Source of the DNA: a virus
Taxonomy: Duplodnaviria > Caudoviricetes
IMG/VR virus record: IMGVR_UViG_3300025679_000005
Direction: 5' to 3' (one strand)
Length of the DNA stretch: 64,000 nt
A program made the translations under genes and the position numbers. A model generated the notes under the pieces. That model ran no database searches and had not been told where the DNA came from. It saw only the letters and a list, made by a program, of their open reading frames with translations. Below, one piece after another: positions 46,845-57,300 of this stretch (its first letter is position 1; every line of letters begins with the position of its first letter).

Positions 46845-47249
46845 ATGCCCACTCTCAATAGCTCGATTCTCAAGTCCGAGGCCGCTCGCATCAAGCGGTC
46901 CATCATCAACCTCCAACCCTTGTTTCCCGGCAAGAACGAAATCGAGATCCTATCGAACGTACTCGCTGAGATCAAGATGAGCCCCATCGATGCGTCCCTT
47001 TCCAAGATCAGCCGTGCCGTCAAAGGCTGGGCAGGTAAGAACGGTGAGTCCACCCCCGAGGACGTTCTCGCCTACGCCAAGGAAGAGAAGACCTTCAGCT
47101 CGAAGGAAGCTCAAGATCGCTTCAAGGTGAGTCCCCAGAAGATGGCCGGCTCATTGGCCGTTCTAACTCGCCAAGGACTTCTACGCAAGCTAGACGATGC
47201 TGCTGAGGACGGGACATCCGCCTGGCGCTACGGCAAGCGCAAGAACTGA
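46845..47249 (+). CDS. Tandem paralog of 46357-46776
   Basis: STPEDVLAYAK..KTFSSKEAQ..FKV..QKMAGSLAVLTRQG; GGTGTA 10 nt upstream. Confidence 0.65.
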   Translation: MPTLNSSILKSEAARIKRSIINLQPLFPGKNEIEILSNVLAEIKMSPIDASLSKISRAVKGWAGKNGESTPEDVLAYAKEEKTFSSKEAQDRFKVSPQKMAGSLAVLTRQGLLRKLDDAAEDGTSAWRYGKRKN

Positions 47250-47267
47250 CCTCACAGACAGGCACCA

Positions 47268-47320
47268 CGGAAAAAGAAAAGGCCGGATCCTCAAAAGGGA
47301 TCCGGCCTTTTCTTTTTCCG
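47268..47320. terminator. Perfect 23-bp inverted repeat; bidirectional terminator-like
   Basis: CGGAAAAAGAAAAGGCCGGATCC...GGATCCGGCCTTTTCTTTTTCCG. Confidence 0.8.
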
Positions 47321-47336
47321 GTGTAATTGTAGACCA

Positions 47337-47600
47337 ATGAAGATCACGCACCTCATAGCGGACGCATTCGCTCTAGTAGAAGCCGGAGGTTTCATGGTCG
47401 GCACCATTCGAGTGAACCCCTCAGATTTGGCTTTGATTCAAGGCTCGGACCAGTTCTCACAGGAAAATGGCCGCCTCTGGACGGCTGCTGTGATCGCTGA
47501 CCAAACCGTCGAAGCAGGTACGTTCGTGACCGGCGAGATGAACCCGAAAACTCTGAAAGTGGAGAAGGAATCCACCCATTCTCTGTGTCTTCCAAATTGA
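47337..47600 (+). CDS. Small hypothetical protein
   Basis: GGTGTA 11 nt upstream. Confidence 0.6.
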   Translation: MKITHLIADAFALVEAGGFMVGTIRVNPSDLALIQGSDQFSQENGRLWTAAVIADQTVEAGTFVTGEMNPKTLKVEKESTHSLCLPN

Positions 47601-47626
47601 TTCTTTTTCCGGTGTATGATCAGGGC

Positions 47627-47715
47627 AGAGGCCGAACCCTAGTCAAGTGCACTTGACTGAACCCGGTTATCTCCCTGGGCGCCCTGCTTCGAAACTGGGG
47701 GCCCAGGACTTTTTT
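47627..47715 (+). ncRNA. Candidate small RNA or regulatory element
   Basis: GGTGTA at 47611, 18-bp palindrome at 47641-47658, hairpin plus T-tract ending about 47715. Confidence 0.35.
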
Positions 47716-47842
47716 GATCTTCGCCCTTATGTCCCACCGTCGGTCGACCGTATAGATAGGTGTTCGGCTTCTGTTGGCTGGGCCCCTTGGTGGTTCTTGG
47801 GTGATTTCGGTTGCTTGTTTCTTGGTGTTTCTGGTTAGGTTA

Positions 47843-47886
47843 GAAAGCCCCGTAGGTTGAAAGACTTACGGGGCTTTCGCCTTTTG
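47843..47886 (+). terminator. Intrinsic terminator-like hairpin
   Basis: GAAAGCCCCGTAG...TTACGGGGCTTTC followed by GCCTTTTG. Confidence 0.65.
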
Positions 47887-47925
47887 TGCTTAACTTCCGC
47901 CCCGGAGTGGGCGTAGATAGGCTGC

Positions 47926-48513
47926 ATGACCCAAAATTTGTTTGAGATGCTGCAAGAAGTCCCCGACGACAACTGGCGTGACCCGAATTTCTTCGACACT
48001 TTCGTCGGGCACCTTGAAAGTGATTACTTCAAATTCGAAACGACCACTGAAGTGCTCAGTGAAGACATAGCTGAGGTAACAGACATCCCGAGCCTTCCAC
48101 GCGAGTATGATTTAAGTTTTGAGGCGTTGGACGAACTCCTATTCGTTGCTTTTCTTCATCGGAAGGTTCCTGATTCTTTGTGGATGAGCTACGATCGTTA
48201 CAACGAGCTGACTGACGCACCTCCCTTGGATGCAGACGGCAAGCCTACCTTGATTGTCCTCGAAGATGCCCAAGTTAAGCCTGGGTCCAACGCAGTCCTT
48301 GCAAGGTATAGGGGCTTAGATGTGTTCGTGTGCAGCGTCAATACAGACGATTATCCAGAAGGGGCGGACATTCTTGTAGCCGATAGCAGAGGGAATCTGG
48401 TGGCCTTCACCGAGAAAATCGATCCTACACCACCACAAGAAAAGCCGGTGATTCGACGTTCCCAATGGGACATCCTCAAGACAGAGGACATCCTCAAGGC
48501 CAGCCAAGAGTAA
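47926..48513 (+). CDS. Acidic hypothetical protein with SQWDIL tail variant
   Basis: Ends VIRRSQWDILKTEDILKASQE. Confidence 0.65.
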   Translation: MTQNLFEMLQEVPDDNWRDPNFFDTFVGHLESDYFKFETTTEVLSEDIAEVTDIPSLPREYDLSFEALDELLFVAFLHRKVPDSLWMSYDRYNELTDAPPLDADGKPTLIVLEDAQVKPGSNAVLARYRGLDVFVCSVNTDDYPEGADILVADSRGNLVAFTEKIDPTPPQEKPVIRRSQWDILKTEDILKASQE

Positions 48514-48660
48514 CCCTGGGACCAAGAGGACAAAATTGCGGCTCTGAGCCCTATGGGCCTCACCCTCTCGCTATGGGCGGGGAGCGATGAACTGTCCCAC
48601 CTCAAGAGACGGATTGGCTTGAAGCTGGGTAAAGAAGACTAGCCTTCCCACACTTTGCAG

Positions 48661-48706
48661 GCGAAAGCCCCTCCGAGGAAACACTCCTTCGAGGGGCTTT
48701 CGCCTT
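48661..48706 (+). terminator. Intrinsic terminator-like hairpin related to 47843
   Basis: GCGAAAGCCCCTC...GAGGGGCTTTCGC. Confidence 0.65.
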
Positions 48707-48727
48707 CCATCGGTGTAGTAGAGGCAT

Positions 48728-48792
48728 ACGTGCGGGCCCCTCGCCTGCGGTCACACCCTACGCGGTCTGCCTAAATCCTGGGGCCTGCACGT
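48728..48792 (+). ncRNA. Candidate 65-nt structured small RNA
   Basis: Begins about 10 nt after GGTGTA (48712); 13-bp closing stem ACGTGCGGGCCCC/GGGGCCTGCACGT. Confidence 0.4.
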
Positions 48793-48801
48793 CCTCCACC
48801 C

Positions 48802-49080
48802 TCAAGGGCGCACTAGCAAAGCTTCGAGGTCGCTTAGCGTCAGCGTCGTGGCTCTGAGATACTGTTCTGTGTCCGTGTGTGGCTCCCCTCTGTTCCAGCC
48901 CTCAAAGTAATGGCTGATGTGCACGGCCTGGAGAATCTTGCGAGCGGTCTCCTCATCACGAACAAGGAGGACGGTCTCATGCTTCTGGGTTGGTTCGTTG
49001 AAGTCCGGCATCTGGAAGAACAATGTGTAGAGTGTGCCCTCTGATTTGCCCCACTCTCTCACCGCCCACCTATTGTTCAC
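48802..49080 (-). CDS. Hypothetical protein
   Basis: 92-aa ORF. Confidence 0.5.
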   Translation of the reverse strand: MNNRWAVREWGKSEGTLYTLFFQMPDFNEPTQKHETVLLVRDEETARKILQAVHISHYFEGWNRGEPHTDTEQYLRATTLTLSDLEALLVRP

Positions 49081-49226
49081 CCTTCGATTAGCCCAGAAAG
49101 CAATGCGTTCCTTTGCCTCAAGGACAGTCAGGCCAATGTCTTGATCGACCCAATAAAGCGCAGAATCCCGATAAATCCACAGACTTTCGCTATGAAACTG
49201 CGGGACAAGAACCTAGGAGCCACCGC

Positions 49227-49685
49227 ATGCTAGAAGTATCGCAAACTGACAAAGACGGCTTCACTATCACGATAAAGGCTCCCGATCAGGCAACGGAAAA
49301 AACGGGAGGGGTACTGGGCCGTCGAGGTCGAATATACCTCACCTCTCCGTCTGGAGAAACTGTGGAAGGGGGTTACTGGATGGACTTCCCGGAAGAAGGC
49401 TGGACCTTCGAGGGAGTGGACCTCTATGCTGACTACACTCGCAACGGAAGATCTAGAAAGACAGTCTACTACGGCATCCCGCAAGAACAGCGAATGATGA
49501 TGGAGGCTGTAGAGCAAGCGACCACATACCAGCTGAGAGAGACGTTCGAATTTCATAAGTTGCACCCAGAAGAGCCCGAGGACAGGCGTCTAGCACGGGT
49601 ATTACAGGCCAAACTCATGGATAGCGCTGCTATCGCTGTCGGCCTCACGGCTCGCCAACGGTTCGTTCTAGGGACGTTAGTCTAG
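49227..49685 (+). CDS. Hypothetical protein
   Basis: ATG start MLEVSQ within a longer frame. Confidence 0.55.
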   Translation: MLEVSQTDKDGFTITIKAPDQATEKTGGVLGRRGRIYLTSPSGETVEGGYWMDFPEEGWTFEGVDLYADYTRNGRSRKTVYYGIPQEQRMMMEAVEQATTYQLRETFEFHKLHPEEPEDRRLARVLQAKLMDSAAIAVGLTARQRFVLGTLV

Positions 49686-49811
49686 TGCCCTCATCAGGTA
49701 GCGGACATTGCTGGGATCCTAGCTGAGGAATACCCCTCAGAACCCGACGGCTTAACAGAGGCTTACTTCGAAAAATTCCTGCGCCCGTCATCGGTGTAGG
49801 ATCCGGCCTCG

Positions 49812-50417
49812 ATGAGTAAGCTTCCGAAAGAAGTCCGCGCCTTCTGTAAGCATCCGAAGCGTCTGGTGGGGACCTATTGGGCCCACAGTACCGTGGTGAA
49901 GGTCCTTCACGTCACCAAAGGGAAAGTGATTTGCGTGACGATCCCGGCATTACAATCGTTCCTAACGGACACCCATACCCTTACCCATCAGTTCTCGTAT
50001 GTGGGTACGAAAGTACCAACCAGAACAGATTATGTCGTGGACAAGATGAGCGGCACTGTGGCGGAGGTCACTAACATTGACGAAGCCCAGGTAAGCCTGT
50101 CAATAGTCAAGGGAGACATGTCCGGGTGGGACACGACAGATCTGTGGCGTCCTATCATATCTTGTGCAGTGGTCGATTTCTTTAAGACGTATCGTCCCGC
50201 TACCCCAGACGAAGCAGAAGAGGCGGCGGGCATTTACGCTAGATGGACAGCATGGTCAAGACTGTGCCTATTAGAGTCGGAAGCCACTGTCCGCCAGATC
50301 TGTGACACCTCTTGGGTAGAACCCGCTTCCGAGGGTCCCAAGCTACCTCCAGCTCCCACATCTGCTCCAGAGCCCATCCGAATCTCCTCCTGGGAACGCC
50401 TTGACGGTAACCTATGA
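49812..50417 (+). CDS. Hypothetical protein with SSWERL tail
   Basis: Ends EPIRISSWERLDGNL; N-terminal K.PKRL...YW is shared with the next gene. Confidence 0.7.
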   Translation: MSKLPKEVRAFCKHPKRLVGTYWAHSTVVKVLHVTKGKVICVTIPALQSFLTDTHTLTHQFSYVGTKVPTRTDYVVDKMSGTVAEVTNIDEAQVSLSIVKGDMSGWDTTDLWRPIISCAVVDFFKTYRPATPDEAEEAAGIYARWTAWSRLCLLESEATVRQICDTSWVEPASEGPKLPPAPTSAPEPIRISSWERLDGNL

Positions 50418-51106
50418 GGGTCCGGCCCAACAACTCGATGGAGGCCAAGCTTTACAAGAGGTTCACCAAGAACCCGAAGCGCTTGATCAACAGCTATTGG
50501 CTCATTGACACGGCCAAAGACGGGGCCAAAGACGGGCGATTGAAGTATCCAAAAAGGATGGGCTACGCTATCTCCGGGAAAGCCCTCTGTCGAGTCTCCC
50601 ATGTAACCAAAAAGTTCGCCATTTTCAACGATGCTGACTGGGAGACCTACCGAATCCCTCTGGAGTTCCTGCTCCTTGGAGACTCCTGCACATACTTGGG
50701 GGACGAATTCCTGCACTCCACCTACGTAGAGGACACGCGCAATGGATGGCTGTACTCGATAGAACGCATCAGCTCACAGCACATCTACCTAGAGCTGATC
50801 AGAGCCAACCTCACGCAGCCCCTTGGGGAATGGATCGAGTACCCCGATTTTAACGCAGTTCTGCTAAATGACTACATTCGGTACTTCAGAGCCGCTCCCA
50901 TGAGCAATGCCGATAGCCTTCAAGGGAACCTCCGGAGTCGCATCCGAGACATCGTCGGCCAGGAAGCGCTGCATCGACTGCTTCTAGGCACCTACGACGC
51001 CCCTAATCCAGAGCCCATTCAGCTAGGGGAGGTTGCCGTGAATCGAGTGGCGGAGCCGGAGCCCGTTCGTACATCCTCCTGGGAGCGCCTGACCGCCGAT
51101 GACTGA
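50414..51106 (+). CDS. Hypothetical protein with SSWERL tail
   Basis: Ends EPVRTSSWERLTADD. Confidence 0.7.
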   Translation: MRVRPNNSMEAKLYKRFTKNPKRLINSYWLIDTAKDGAKDGRLKYPKRMGYAISGKALCRVSHVTKKFAIFNDADWETYRIPLEFLLLGDSCTYLGDEFLHSTYVEDTRNGWLYSIERISSQHIYLELIRANLTQPLGEWIEYPDFNAVLLNDYIRYFRAAPMSNADSLQGNLRSRIRDIVGQEALHRLLLGTYDAPNPEPIQLGEVAVNRVAEPEPVRTSSWERLTADD

Positions 51107-51689
51107 ACAATACGTACCCACCTACATCAAGCGTCTGGACGAATTCCTAGGAGGCGGGTTCCCACGTAAGGCGATCTCTCTTGTCAGTGGCAATCTCGAC
51201 ATTGTCAAGCAATGCGTGGACATCTCCGGACGAGCCGGCAAAGTCGTCGTCTGGCTCAAGTCCAGTGCGGGAGTCCCCAATCTCATGACCCTCCTGGAAC
51301 AGGCGGACCTCGTACTCATCTCAGACATCGGCAGGTTCTTACCCCCGCCTCCCCCTGACAGCGGCCCCGCTGCTGGGACACTTGCTGTGTCCCGTCTAGG
51401 CAGGGAGATTCAGCGCAATCTGTACGACTCTCCCGAAGGTCCGGCGGTCATCCTCGTGAACCCTCCTCAGACCTTGGAGCTGAGCTACCTGTCTTCCCTG
51501 ACCTTGGACATCCTCCCCAATAGATCGGCCCCAAGCGTGCTCGATGTCGTAGTCAAAAAGAACCGTGACGGGAACCAAGGCGCTATCATCCTCGGGCCCG
51601 ACGAATACAAGCTGAACATCGCCTTCCCACCGGATCCCACGCCGTTGAAGTCCGCCTGGGAACGGCTCGTTGATGGAATTGGGCTATAA
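51099..51689 (+). CDS. Degenerate RecA/DnaB-fold-like protein with SAWERL tail
   Basis: PTYIKRLDEFLGGGFPRKAISLVSG without a Walker A; VVVKKNRDG; ends PLKSAWERLVDGIGL. Confidence 0.6.
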   Translation: MTEQYVPTYIKRLDEFLGGGFPRKAISLVSGNLDIVKQCVDISGRAGKVVVWLKSSAGVPNLMTLLEQADLVLISDIGRFLPPPPPDSGPAAGTLAVSRLGREIQRNLYDSPEGPAVILVNPPQTLELSYLSSLTLDILPNRSAPSVLDVVVKKNRDGNQGAIILGPDEYKLNIAFPPDPTPLKSAWERLVDGIGL

Positions 51690-51726
51690 GTCCGGTCGAA
51701 GGCATCGGGCTACGGCCTGATACAAC

Positions 51727-53148
51727 TCAGGGAGTCGTATCTTCGGCGTTTGAGGCTGTGCCAGTACTCTTTGCAGAGATTGCCCTGGTAGTAAGCCTAC
51801 GGCTAGAAGCTGCTAGCTCGGTAGTAGACCTTCCTGAGGAACTGTCCCCGGCCCGAAGGGCTAGGTATCGCTGACTCAGGAGGGTTTTCACTTCGGAGGG
51901 ATGATCATAGATCCCAATCTCTTTGTCCTCGGAACGTCCGAGCAGATTGCGACCTCCTACCACATCCGCATGAGAAATCCTGCCGCACCCACGGCATTGA
52001 AACTTGATCCCACTTCTGTTGGATCGTGAAACGTAGCCACAGGATGGGCACATCTGAGAAGTGTATGCCGGATTCACAACAATGACCGGAGCCTTGGTGG
52101 CTAACGACTTGTGCAGAGCCTTATAAGCGAATCGCTTTTGCCCCTTACAACCCCTGAGATCCAAGTCCTCGATGACGAACGCATGTCCTGGGTAGTCTCT
52201 AACGAGCGAGTTGGCAACGAACCCTGTGCTTGTTTTGATGAGACCGCTGAGGTGCTCTTCCAAGCGATCTAGGCGAGGAGAATTGATCCTCAATCCCTGA
52301 CGTTGCCTATTGGCTCTGAGGGTTTTGACCTTGGCATAAAGGGTATCGAACTTGGGCTTCAGATCAGCTCCGTAGATTCGACCGGCCGACGTAGCCGCGA
52401 TCACGTTGAGGCCGACATCCACTCCTACGCGAGGTGCTGACAGGTCAAGCTTAGGCTCCTCAATTAGCTTCTTCTCAAGGACTTCGACTCGCCATCGGCC
52501 CCGGCGGTCTTTGCGGATCATACAGCCATTGACGATCTCGTCAGGGGATTTGACGTGAGGGTTGGCGACGATCGGGACTTGGATCCTACGACCCTTCTTG
52601 AGATTGGAGAAGCCCAGCCACCAGGCACTGATTTTGGTATCATCGATCTTGCGGATGGCACTAGTATGCACCGAAAGGCGTATTCCAATTCGATCAGAGA
52701 TCGTGGGGGTCTTACCTACTAGGTCCTTGTCAAGAAGGAACGACCAGTACTGATCGAGAACTTCCTGAGAGATCAGGTCAGTGGCATGGTCGTAACTGTA
52801 TTTTCCGATAGTGAGAAGGGCGATTTTGGTCGATTCGGTGATCAAGCCCTCCTTAGCCAATCCCTTGATGTGTCGCTTGAGCTTCCTGACGTAGGTGGTT
52901 GTAACCCAAGCTGAAACAATCTCGATGGCATGCTGCTGGCAAGCCATTACAATGTTAGTGGAAAGAACCCTCTCCCTGGGAAAGAACCTGAGAAGTTCTC
53001 CTCTAGGAATCCCCATCCTCATGGACGAGATCATAGCTTCGACGCAAGCCTGGAGATACAGAAGGTATTCTACGTGAAGGGCTTCGAGCGCACGGATCTT
53101 CCCTGGGTTTGCTTGGGGGTGAAAGAAAAGGACTCGTGAGCGTTTCAC
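51727..53148 (-). CDS. tnpB: Divergent, longer TnpB/Cas12f-like RuvC nuclease
   Basis: GVDVG, IEDL, NPAYTSQMCPSCG, CRGCG..HADVVGGRNL. Confidence 0.85.
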   Translation of the reverse strand: MKRSRVLFFHPQANPGKIRALEALHVEYLLYLQACVEAMISSMRMGIPRGELLRFFPRERVLSTNIVMACQQHAIEIVSAWVTTTYVRKLKRHIKGLAKEGLITESTKIALLTIGKYSYDHATDLISQEVLDQYWSFLLDKDLVGKTPTISDRIGIRLSVHTSAIRKIDDTKISAWWLGFSNLKKGRRIQVPIVANPHVKSPDEIVNGCMIRKDRRGRWRVEVLEKKLIEEPKLDLSAPRVGVDVGLNVIAATSAGRIYGADLKPKFDTLYAKVKTLRANRQRQGLRINSPRLDRLEEHLSGLIKTSTGFVANSLVRDYPGHAFVIEDLDLRGCKGQKRFAYKALHKSLATKAPVIVVNPAYTSQMCPSCGYVSRSNRSGIKFQCRGCGRISHADVVGGRNLLGRSEDKEIGIYDHPSEVKTLLSQRYLALRAGDSSSGRSTTELAASSRRLTTRAISAKSTGTASNAEDTTP

Positions 53149-53218
53149 ACTTAAGTGTAGACAATAAAGGAATTATTGGACTGCACCAGGAAACCTCTGT
53201 TCGGTGTATGAACACTAG

Positions 53219-53905
53219 GTGATCAACTGGTCTGACCTCTCTCCCAAAGAGCTGGCCTCTGCCATGAGGGCACTCAAGCAGAAGATCCTGTACGCTTGGA
53301 GCCAGAACGAGAACGGTTCCTGGTGTCGCCGTTCTGCCTGGGAGTATGACACCGACCGCTACCCTATCCTCACCGTCAATGACGCTGGCTTGTTCAGAGG
53401 GAAGACAGCCAAAGGTGTCGATGAGCCGTACCCTACCTTAGAAGAAGCTAAGGCCTCTTGGGACAAGTACTACCTAGCCGCCGGCTGGCTGCTACTAGCC
53501 GCCGACGATGGCTCAGGAACGCCTCTGCCCCCGCCCCACACTGACTGGCCTTCCTTGACCGGAAGCGAGTTTGCAGGGGCCATTAGGACGATTCCCAAGC
53601 TGATAGCCTACGCCTGGACGATCGAGTACTACCCCTACTCTGATTCACCTGAAACGCCGTCGTGGGTTCGCCATGACTGCGAAGAATACGGCTATGCTCA
53701 AGCCGCCCACATCAATCTCAATGAAGATGGTCTCTACCGTGGGCCTAGCTACGATCCCGCCACGGGATCCGCACATCCGAATTTCGCTGACTTGGATGAC
53801 TGCAAAGCCGCCCACGATCGCTATTTGATCCAAAACGGCTGGATTTTGAACGACGCTGAAGTAAGGCCCGCGTTAGCCCGCCTCATAGAAGGGATCGGTA
53901 TCTGA
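53219..53905 (+). CDS. Protein made of two tandem repeats of about 110 aa
   Basis: WSDLSPKELA...YAW...AKASWDKYYLAAGWLL versus WPSLTGSEFA...YAW...CKAAHDRYLIQNGWIL. Confidence 0.7.
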   Translation: MINWSDLSPKELASAMRALKQKILYAWSQNENGSWCRRSAWEYDTDRYPILTVNDAGLFRGKTAKGVDEPYPTLEEAKASWDKYYLAAGWLLLAADDGSGTPLPPPHTDWPSLTGSEFAGAIRTIPKLIAYAWTIEYYPYSDSPETPSWVRHDCEEYGYAQAAHINLNEDGLYRGPSYDPATGSAHPNFADLDDCKAAHDRYLIQNGWILNDAEVRPALARLIEGIGI

Positions 53906-54216
53906 TGAACATTGACTGGAATAGCATCGCCGGGCTCATCAAAATAGCCAGGATCTCGCAAATACCTAAGGCCGCTGTCTTCAGTCGCATGAAGGAAGTG
54001 GCCGACCGACGAAAAGGCCTCGACGAAGACCCCGAGGACGCCGATACCAGGCTCCACGGCATCATCGAAGAAGTCTACGCCATCCCCGTGGCGGAACTAT
54101 CCGCGGTCAAGGAGTGGTTCCTCAGGGAGGCCCAGAAGCTGGACCCCGAAAGTGATGACGAAGACGAGGAAGCTGAGACGCTTCTGAATGAACTAGGACG
54201 CCGAGGGGCGAACTAA
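53905..54216 (+). CDS. Acidic hypothetical protein
   Basis: Abuts the upstream stop. Confidence 0.55.
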   Translation: MNIDWNSIAGLIKIARISQIPKAAVFSRMKEVADRRKGLDEDPEDADTRLHGIIEEVYAIPVAELSAVKEWFLREAQKLDPESDDEDEEAETLLNELGRRGAN

Positions 54217-54307
54217 ATTCTCCGGCCTGGTGTATATGACCCAGCAACACCCGCTCAGGGGTTCCAATACTGTGACCAGATCCCAGAGCTATTGCTCTGC
54301 AAGTTCC

Positions 54308-57300
54308 TCAGTCATCATCATTGATCAGAGCCCACAGCTGCCGACCAATGCTCATCCCCGACAGATGTTGGCTCCCCACACCCGCCGAGGCCAGCATGCT
54401 CTCATTGTCGAGCCCGTCAGTCGATATCGAGATCTCGACTTTACGCATGAGCAACTCGTACATCTGCTCTTGTAGGGTGTCCTTGAAGACAGCGAAGTGG
54501 ATGCGGGTGTCCTTCTTCTGACCAATACGGTCTACTCGACCGACTGCCTGCCGGAACATGATCGGGCTACACATCGGGTTCTCCATCCACAATTCTGTGG
54601 AGAAGTGGACCAACGAATTCAAACCCGTGCTCACGGAGGCGGGGTTGACAATCAATACCCGGGAATTCTTCTTGACTACGTGCTGCTCTATCCACGTTTG
54701 GCGCTTACTCGTGGGGACGCGGTCAGCATAAAGGATCGGGGCCTTCACCCCTAGGCGCTCCTCAATGAGGCGGGCAATCCTAGGAAGCAACGTCGTGTGC
54801 CAAGCAAAGACCATGGCATTGCGACCCTCGGCCAGTTCCGCCTTGAGGGTGTCGAGCATCCACTGCTCCTTGGCAGAGACCTCGGAAGCTGAGAACTGCT
54901 TACCAGTCGCCACGATCCCAGCGCCCACGGACTCGGGATACCGGATCTCGTAGGTCCCGTCATCGTTATTGCCAGTGTCCGCCGTTGATCGATCCAAGTA
55001 GCTGGGCAGCTCTGACAGCTGGCCGAACAGCTTCCCCGACAGGTCCGGATCGAAGCGATCCTTCTTGATCTGATCCCTCAATGAGGCCAGAAGGGATTTG
55101 TAGCTGCCCAGTAGCTCGGAATCAGCTTCCACCACATGCTTCGTGACAGTGCAGGGCGGGATGTCAATGGCTAGGTCTGCCTTGTGCAAGGTCACAGACA
55201 CGGGCAGGAGGTGCCGGAACAAGAACAGGGGGAGAATGCCAGGGGCATCTCCGGCTGTGCGTTCGCTTCGCTGCACACGATCGGACATGGCCCCGAAGGC
55301 TACGACCTCCCCAGACTCCTTATCCTTGTCAGAAATGATTCGCTTCCGGTAGCCGTAGCGGTCAATGAACCGTTGGGCATCTTCCCTGGCGAACTCATGC
55401 CGGAAGTCCGGAGACAGCGCCCACATGTTCGTGTACAAGGACTTCGCGTAGCCGTTCATGACAGAGCCGGTCATGAACAGGGTGGGGATACCAAGGCCGG
55501 TTAGAGAATGGTAGGCTTGCGATTGAGCTGAGTCCGCATTAGCTGCCTCATGGCTTTCGTCTAAGCATATGAAGTCAAACAGATTCGGAGAGTATTTGGC
55601 GATGTGCTTCGCCAACGCCACTCGACGGGGTTCGGGTACCGCCTGGAACAAAGCCTCTCCGCATTCTGGGGTCAAGTAGATCTTACCACAAGCAATAAGC
55701 CCCGTAAGGATGGCCTCAGCAAGGTCTAGACTGTTGGCCTCCTTGGCATCTAGGGTCAAAACCCCGTCAGTCCACTTGAGCATCCCCAAATGGGTGTTGT
55801 GACCGTAGGACCTGGCCGCCTTGTAGTACATGTCCCAGCTCTGCCAATTGCTGGTCTCAAATAGTCCGGTCAGCTCCTTTTGGAGTTCCGTTCCCTCTTC
55901 AAGCAGGTAAACCAGGTTCTTCGCCATGTCCTTGATGTAGTATTCCTGGTGTTGGGACAGGATCCGAACATAGCGAGCAATTCGAGCAGGGTCGTAGGCG
56001 GCCATCAACAGCTTGGCGAACAGCTTGGGCAGCTCACCTTCGTTGGTCGAGTTGAGCATCATCTTGGCGAACACGAGATCGGTCATGTGCTCGACGTTGG
56101 CTGGCTGGAACACCCACTCGGGGCGTTCGTCTTTCGGAACCAGTGCGTTCTTGTCGAGGATCCTGTTCAAGTGCACCGTCCTCAGAATGCCCCGAAGGCG
56201 ATGACTCTCAGGGAGGTGCTCTAGAAGCTGCAAGCCGAACGAGTAGGCGGCTAGGCCCAGATCATCCTTGATCGAAATGTCTCTGTTCTCGCAACGAAGG
56301 CGCTTCTTGACGGCATCTTCCTTGGGCAGCTCACCGCCACACTTCGGGCAGCTCTTGGTAACGGCTTCCCAGCCATGGCCTAGCTTGGCCGTTTCCCGGG
56401 ACAGAATCGCCACCAGAAAGCGTTCCGCTGGAATGTCAGCCAATGCCTCGATGTCTCCAATGTCCTTCAAGACCCGCACCTCAGCGTCAGGAAACGTGGC
56501 CGAGGTCTCATTGGTCCAAGAGGTCAGAAGATGAGGCGGGCAAAGGACAAGCATTCTCTTGGCGATTGTCCTAGCGACCGTTAGTGCCAGGCAGCTCTTA
56601 CCACTGCCGATTTCGCCCAAAAGCTGGGCAGATCGATACTTTCTGTCCTTGGCCTTGTTCCCACCCAAAAGCATCACCAACGCCTTGGCTGAGTGCTCCT
56701 GAGCTTTGAAGAGTTTTCTCGCCGTTGGGGCCAAGGTCACCGAGTCCGCATCCCGCTTGGGATCGTACATGACAGGGCACTGTTGCTGCATAACCCCCAT
56801 GAGGCTAGGCCCGTAGTGCTTGAGCAAGTCCTCAATGGTCATTTTCTCGACATCGAGGACTTTCGACTCCCCACCGGATCCCAGGGTCGTGTACTTTTTG
56901 GTACTCAAGTCCAAGATCGTCGTAATCAGCTTCGGCTGCTGAACCTGAACAACCGAGGTCACATCCCCGTCCTTGTTTTTCTTCTCCTCGACGGTGACGA
57001 ACTCCCGATCGAACACTCCCTTGACCAAGAGGTCGGGGAGGCCTTCGGTTTCTGAAGATACCCGGCGACCATTGAACAGCCCTGAGGCGATCCCCGCGGC
57101 AATGTGGGCGGGCCTAGGGGGCGTAGCCAACTTGTACGTCCGGAACATCAGCTCTTCTACGGGAAGCTCAGGGATGATGTGAGGCACCGGGACGTAAGAG
57201 CCCAGGCGATTGCTTTGGGTCCAAGGACGAACCTTCTTCAATAGCCCAATGCGGTCGAAGGCCCGCATGCCCCAATCGGTCGTGTAGACGTTGCTCTGCG

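Noticed and set aside
47770-47842. Strongly G/T-skewed tract
   Set aside because: No periodicity or convincing ORF that I could support; left unexplained.
48728-48792. Possible tRNA gene
   Set aside because: No GTTCRA T-loop or D-arm consensus. I recognised no tRNA or rRNA anywhere in the window.
54229-54307. GGTGTA facing the end of the methyltransferase-helicase gene
   Set aside because: No start codon at the usual spacing and no clear structure; could be an antisense promoter or a chance hexamer.
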